A DNA stretch of 64,000 nucleotides, taken from the NCBI GenBank assembly GCA_000004985.1, contig GG738883.1; one strand, written 5' to 3'. The notes under the pieces were generated by a model. It did not search any database. It was not told the DNA's origin and saw only the letters and a list, made by a program, of their open reading frames with translations. Source of the DNA: Naegleria gruberi (Eukaryota). A program made the position numbers and the translations under genes. This document shows, piece by piece, positions 62,301-64,000 of this stretch; the stretch's first letter is position 1, and the number at the start of each line of letters is the position of its first letter.

Positions 62301-64000
62301 TAAAGATAATAAATGTTGAATCTTATCAACTTGTTTTTGAATAGATTGTTTAACAATATTTTCCTTTTTTAACATATTTTCTTTAACAAATTGTTTTCTA
62401 GATTCTTGTAAATTCTTTTTAATAGTCTTTTCCTTATTTTGAATAACTTCCCATTCTTTATCAGTTAAATGATATCTATAATATTTAATAGTTTCCTTTT
62501 CATTCATAAATGGAATAGAATTAGATTGTCTAAAAATAGGATGTTTGTTAACTTCAGTATCTAAATCATGATATGGTTCTTCTAAATTATTTCTATTATA
62601 AACAATAAAATCAGTTAAATTATAATCATCACTTTCAAATAATAAATAATAATGTGAATGTAATTCTTTAGAAATTAATTCAAAAATTCTTGTTGAATGT
62701 TTAGAATGTTTAAATAAAATTAATGAAATAATTGAATATGAAATTGCCTTTCTATTAAATGTTGAATTATTTACCAATTCATTTAATAAATAAATTGTCA
62801 TTTCTTCATATTTATGTGAAATTGTATTATTTAAAATATATTGTTTATATTTTTCATTATGTACTAATGAATGAATATTATCAACAATTAATGGATGATG
62901 CATTAATATAAATAATTTATAAATACTTGTTTTATCTTGACATTTAATATTTAAACAATCTCTAAATGTTTCAATAGCAAATCTTAATGAACTATGTGTA
63001 TATAATTTGTTATTATTTGTAGTAATATTAGATGTAGTAGTATTAGTAGTAGATGTAGTAGTATTAAAATCATCATCTTGTAATTTCTTTTTATTAAATT
63101 CATTTTCCAATTCAATAATAAAAGATTGACTAAATGAATCTAATAAAATTTGTTCAATAATGAAATTATCACTTGTATTATTATTGTAATAATTGATCAT
63201 TGATTTTGATAAAATTTCTTGTGCTTGATGATTTTCTTTACAATTACTTAATGCAATACAACATGCTAAATATAAATCAGATTTAATTGCATTTGAAATA
63301 TTTGAATTAATAATTTTTTGTAATTTAATTGAATTTTCTGATTGATTATTAAATAAAATATTTGAAATTAAATAAGAAAGTGCAATAAAATCCTTTGAAT
63401 TTAATAATTCAATAGTTTCCTTATTAAAAATAAAAGTTAAAATTTTTTTAGTATTTTGTTGTAATAATTTAACAATAGATTCCTTATTTTGTACTAAAAT
63501 AGAATGTGTTAAAATTTCAAAACAATAAATTGCAAGTGATCTTAATGATTTCTTCTTTTCTGAATTTAAAATTGTTTCAATTAAAAAATTTTCTAAATTT
63601 GAATCTAATTGATCAATTGCAAAATGTGAAATGAATGAAATAATTGATTTTTTAACTTGATTAATTTCTTCACTTTCTAATTTAAATATTTTTGTTAAAT
63701 TTTCAAAATTTTCAAGTTTTTTAACATTTAATAATTCTAAAATATTAAATAAATAAATAAATGTTTGTGCTAATTCTGATGTAATTGTTGTTGTTGATAA
63801 ATATTTAAAAATAAAATTAATAAATGTTTCTAAATTTGATAATTCTAATTTAAATTCATTAAATTCTTTATCAAAAATTGATGAATTTTTAACTTTTTTT
63901 AAATATAAATAAATTGATTCAAATAAAAATTGTAAAGTTTTTGTATCTAAAAATGTAAATTCACTACTATTAATAAATAATTTATCATTTTTAATATTAG
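56361..64000 (-). CDS. gcn1: GCN1 (eIF2-alpha kinase GCN2 activator; HEAT-repeat ribosome-binding protein), partial: C-terminal ~2,545 aa in the window, N-terminus beyond the 3' edge
   Basis: 2279-aa track ORF. The same frame stays open upstream of the annotated Met (63200) for at least 180 nt that I translated (...ETIELLNSKDFIALSYLISNILFNNQSENSIKLQKIINSNISNAIKSDLYLACCIALSNCKENHQAQEILSKS-MINYY...). Protein is HEAT/ARM-repeat throughout. The region containing ...RILDPKRDLFPYMVDLIPILKNILMDPNPQVRASSAKAIGQL... and ...LLSTHSSSNGLLTDTQLRTLGDVCESV... is characteristic of the GCN1 eEF3-like HEAT block. Ends with acidic tail ...EDSDLEAEEEEEERFYE. Confidence 0.85.
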   Translation of the reverse strand, partial: NIKNDKLFINSSEFTFLDTKTLQFLFESIYLYLKKVKNSSIFDKEFNEFKLELSNLETFINFIFKYLSTTTITSELAQTFIYLFNILELLNVKKLENFENLTKIFKLESEEINQVKKSIISFISHFAIDQLDSNLENFLIETILNSEKKKSLRSLAIYCFEILTHSILVQNKESIVKLLQQNTKKILTFIFNKETIELLNSKDFIALSYLISNILFNNQSENSIKLQKIINSNISNAIKSDLYLACCIALSNCKENHQAQEILSKSMINYYNNNTSDNFIIEQILLDSFSQSFIIELENEFNKKKLQDDDFNTTTSTTNTTTSNITTNNNKLYTHSSLRFAIETFRDCLNIKCQDKTSIYKLFILMHHPLIVDNIHSLVHNEKYKQYILNNTISHKYEEMTIYLLNELVNNSTFNRKAISYSIISLILFKHSKHSTRIFELISKELHSHYYLLFESDDYNLTDFIVYNRNNLEEPYHDLDTEVNKHPIFRQSNSIPFMNEKETIKYYRYHLTDKEWEVIQNKEKTIKKNLQESRKQFVKENMLKKENIVKQSIQKQVDKIQHLLSLINDITLLTNGDKVSIDIITTSSLDDDNTSISNISEHSHITSNTTSSNTTSSNTTTSNTTTSNTSNDKVEEHHIRTHYIKFAWSLLLFNVTSLLDKYKYFAPISSQAFNILKNVNRNTLVHLDFANDSQPKTTSRRKNTVSNECIAEMLAIATFRIKNMFNNESGEYEDKLTRYIPTHDNNVTFGDYIIHKIRLQFPNMLESEEFTCLLPLLESILNRQSIISKPEHRFESSSLTTCMSILSAHAGKSDLTSLIRNKVMEICVNEVLPFIPHLNKQGFNSMMSMSPYLIDEFKSMIHSIMYSEMENVRLYCLKTLCQYLTKGDLKKLSLNTLDDIKFILYYSQFDTSEECKVLSKPFIQKEQFKSNLNQVIEKSIPLITCETKYDSYYSRNNSCLTITGALKELIGSDTNISMKKGDSNSLLVQSILNRVIKTFKEKQLKLENEKSFEPLITISWLLQEISPFTKYELKLLFDFIVNDGFRLIETNLESCYQELLDEMVNIGLALVYNHGKHDANLLIELFDGYINQLQKTSNDFATATVVVWYGSVSKYFNAQTHIQKIKKAIDQLIDTLIIPSNSVQKSISEALSPLIQNIYEKEQDYIHNDLINKRLLSFLLYGTTTLSNGKNIPNNYGVKRGFAWGLAGVLYGCGLLDLYQYGISPMNQYLTNNKADKKGKEGCMLALECISHRFQNTFEPYIVEVMPVILNYALSDPTKEVRSSAEQAVSSILSQLTPYGVIQLLPSVIQPTSNDNWRQKAANIKLLGHMAYCAPRQLSSYLPTIIKILKEAVNETHPDIVEASKRSLERVGGASRSPEISKQVPLLLDALTNPDQKTIDKVLESLLFTRFTHSIDSASLALLMPVLTRALTERYTDIKKKACQIIGSISALILDPKRDLFPYMVDLIPILKNILMDPNPQVRASSAKAIGQLCKSVGEDNLSGVMSWLHEKLIQQGDEYVTERSGAAQALCEVISAQGVSRLQKSLPFLLSQIEGDSVQEGYMQVFVYLPALMKSQFEPFLEMCLPRILKALSHSKEGIRETSLQSSRVIVELFTDSAMNILVPALREGLESEEWRTRYNCLILLTDLLTRMTTLYGNSDEMSHLDENPIQLTVIERVLSLELVSHIIALTFIAIQDINLKSIANKLWKDMIANTPSTLKNHLTCITDCILKHLNMSEDQRFIAGKALGELVVKLGERVVGELIPMLHQQLLDIDSNPEKRQGVILGVTELMLAASDKHLQTYSIKLIQIVKRGICDDDSTVRDAASSAFDVLCRVMGDRCVKEIVQQLLQDLEKTTNEKLVEIAASGMQQLVRVRPQNVLPKLIPALLSTHSSSNGLLTDTQLRTLGDVCESVYENDHLDEMTEFILPMIEKLVTQLSISPYIDSVTNVADESILILRTITKVLECLNIQESYTIFELIKSQMTSNDIKVRRAANLFMQMMFNPSQYNEENLTEDFINDELLPIYEDLITSFNDPDDNVVKCAWYAVEKLISKCLSKEVHYNDFIQPTRENIRKLTQVSSTGELISIDLPAFNKIPKGIEPILNLYLHGLLFGKTPESRENSALGIGDLICMTSSKQLSPYVIKITGPLIRVAGDRFPWSVKAAILQTCSSLMDKGSIMLKPFLPQLQATFIKGLQDSSASILRKLSEQSIPKLIDLGCRIDSLVSALNVALKSNALSGKGSVNDFVISITRTLTSILTLACDQDKVKGVPFDQCIDTLKKTLALCDSTECANSILSKQAVQQDSDRILDITSQCLAICSRGLYLQKDNSIIDFINQTISQPDNLYVTFIVMAYWSIDKSLSSLVLDKVLSKIIEISQTIQSTPQFAKIAISLTKAATLIVISNNECAIDLLPIIKSQFEKAATSTANALRYEVAKCVKKLIKSYREKYQTEKMFDFVDSLLQIGIKDKFIPAKLCNERSLFYVLGFADNDHLRSISEYCSFKKLNPKDSKFIEDYGAKVLMKLSPEDSDLEAEEEEEERFYE

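Noticed and set aside
1-64000. CRISPR arrays, rRNA genes, prokaryotic operon organisation
   Set aside because: The sequence is eukaryotic: spliceosomal introns, F-box, PARP, TFDP and GCN1 genes, poly-N/Q tracts. No direct-repeat/spacer arrays were seen, and no rDNA-like GC-rich conserved blocks.

Overview
This window is an AT-rich, very gene-dense eukaryotic (protist) chromosome segment, not a prokaryotic one. Codon usage is AAT/CAA/TTA/GAA/AGA-biased. Coding regions carry N-, Q-, S- and T-rich simple tracts. Introns begin GTAAGT (or GTATGT, GTACGT, GTGAGT, GTAGGT) and end AG, and most are only 41-58 nt. Intergenic spacers are tiny, in places 14-30 bp between convergent stop codons. Composition and gene content resemble a dictyostelid-type amoebozoan or a similarly AT-rich protist, but I cannot name the species from sequence alone. 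I find about 30 protein-coding genes and no rRNA, tRNA or CRISPR. Several ORFs in the supplied track begin at TTG or GTG, so it uses alternative start codons. Some track ORFs are exon fragments that I joined through short introns.

Recognisable genes:
- GCN1 (partial, runs off the 3' edge)
- a plant-type PPR-DYW protein (organellar C-to-U editing-factor family)
- E2F partner TFDP
- a truncated Hsp90 paralog with a substituted catalytic Glu
- VPS72/YL1
- prefoldin-5
- a Dicer-like double RNase III + dsRBD protein
- an ABHD17-like hydrolase
- a CNBD-containing 6-TM channel
- two PARP-domain genes, one apparently fused to an ankyrin/coiled-coil/protein-kinase module
- an IRG-like large GTPase
- a P-loop NTPase
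- an LRR+RGS protein
- F-box/LRR proteins
- an RWP-RK-like protein
- a tandemly duplicated pair of paralogs

Most unusual structures:
- Inside the ankyrin exons of the kinase-PARP gene (13914-14446) there are ten consecutive ~40-nt mini-introns separated by 3-nt micro-exons.
- The 3' flank of one PARP gene is duplicated downstream of the second PARP gene, next to a decayed multi-frame ORF cluster.
- There are apparent frameshifts at 16.85 kb and 32.55 kb; these may be assembly indels or real disruptions.
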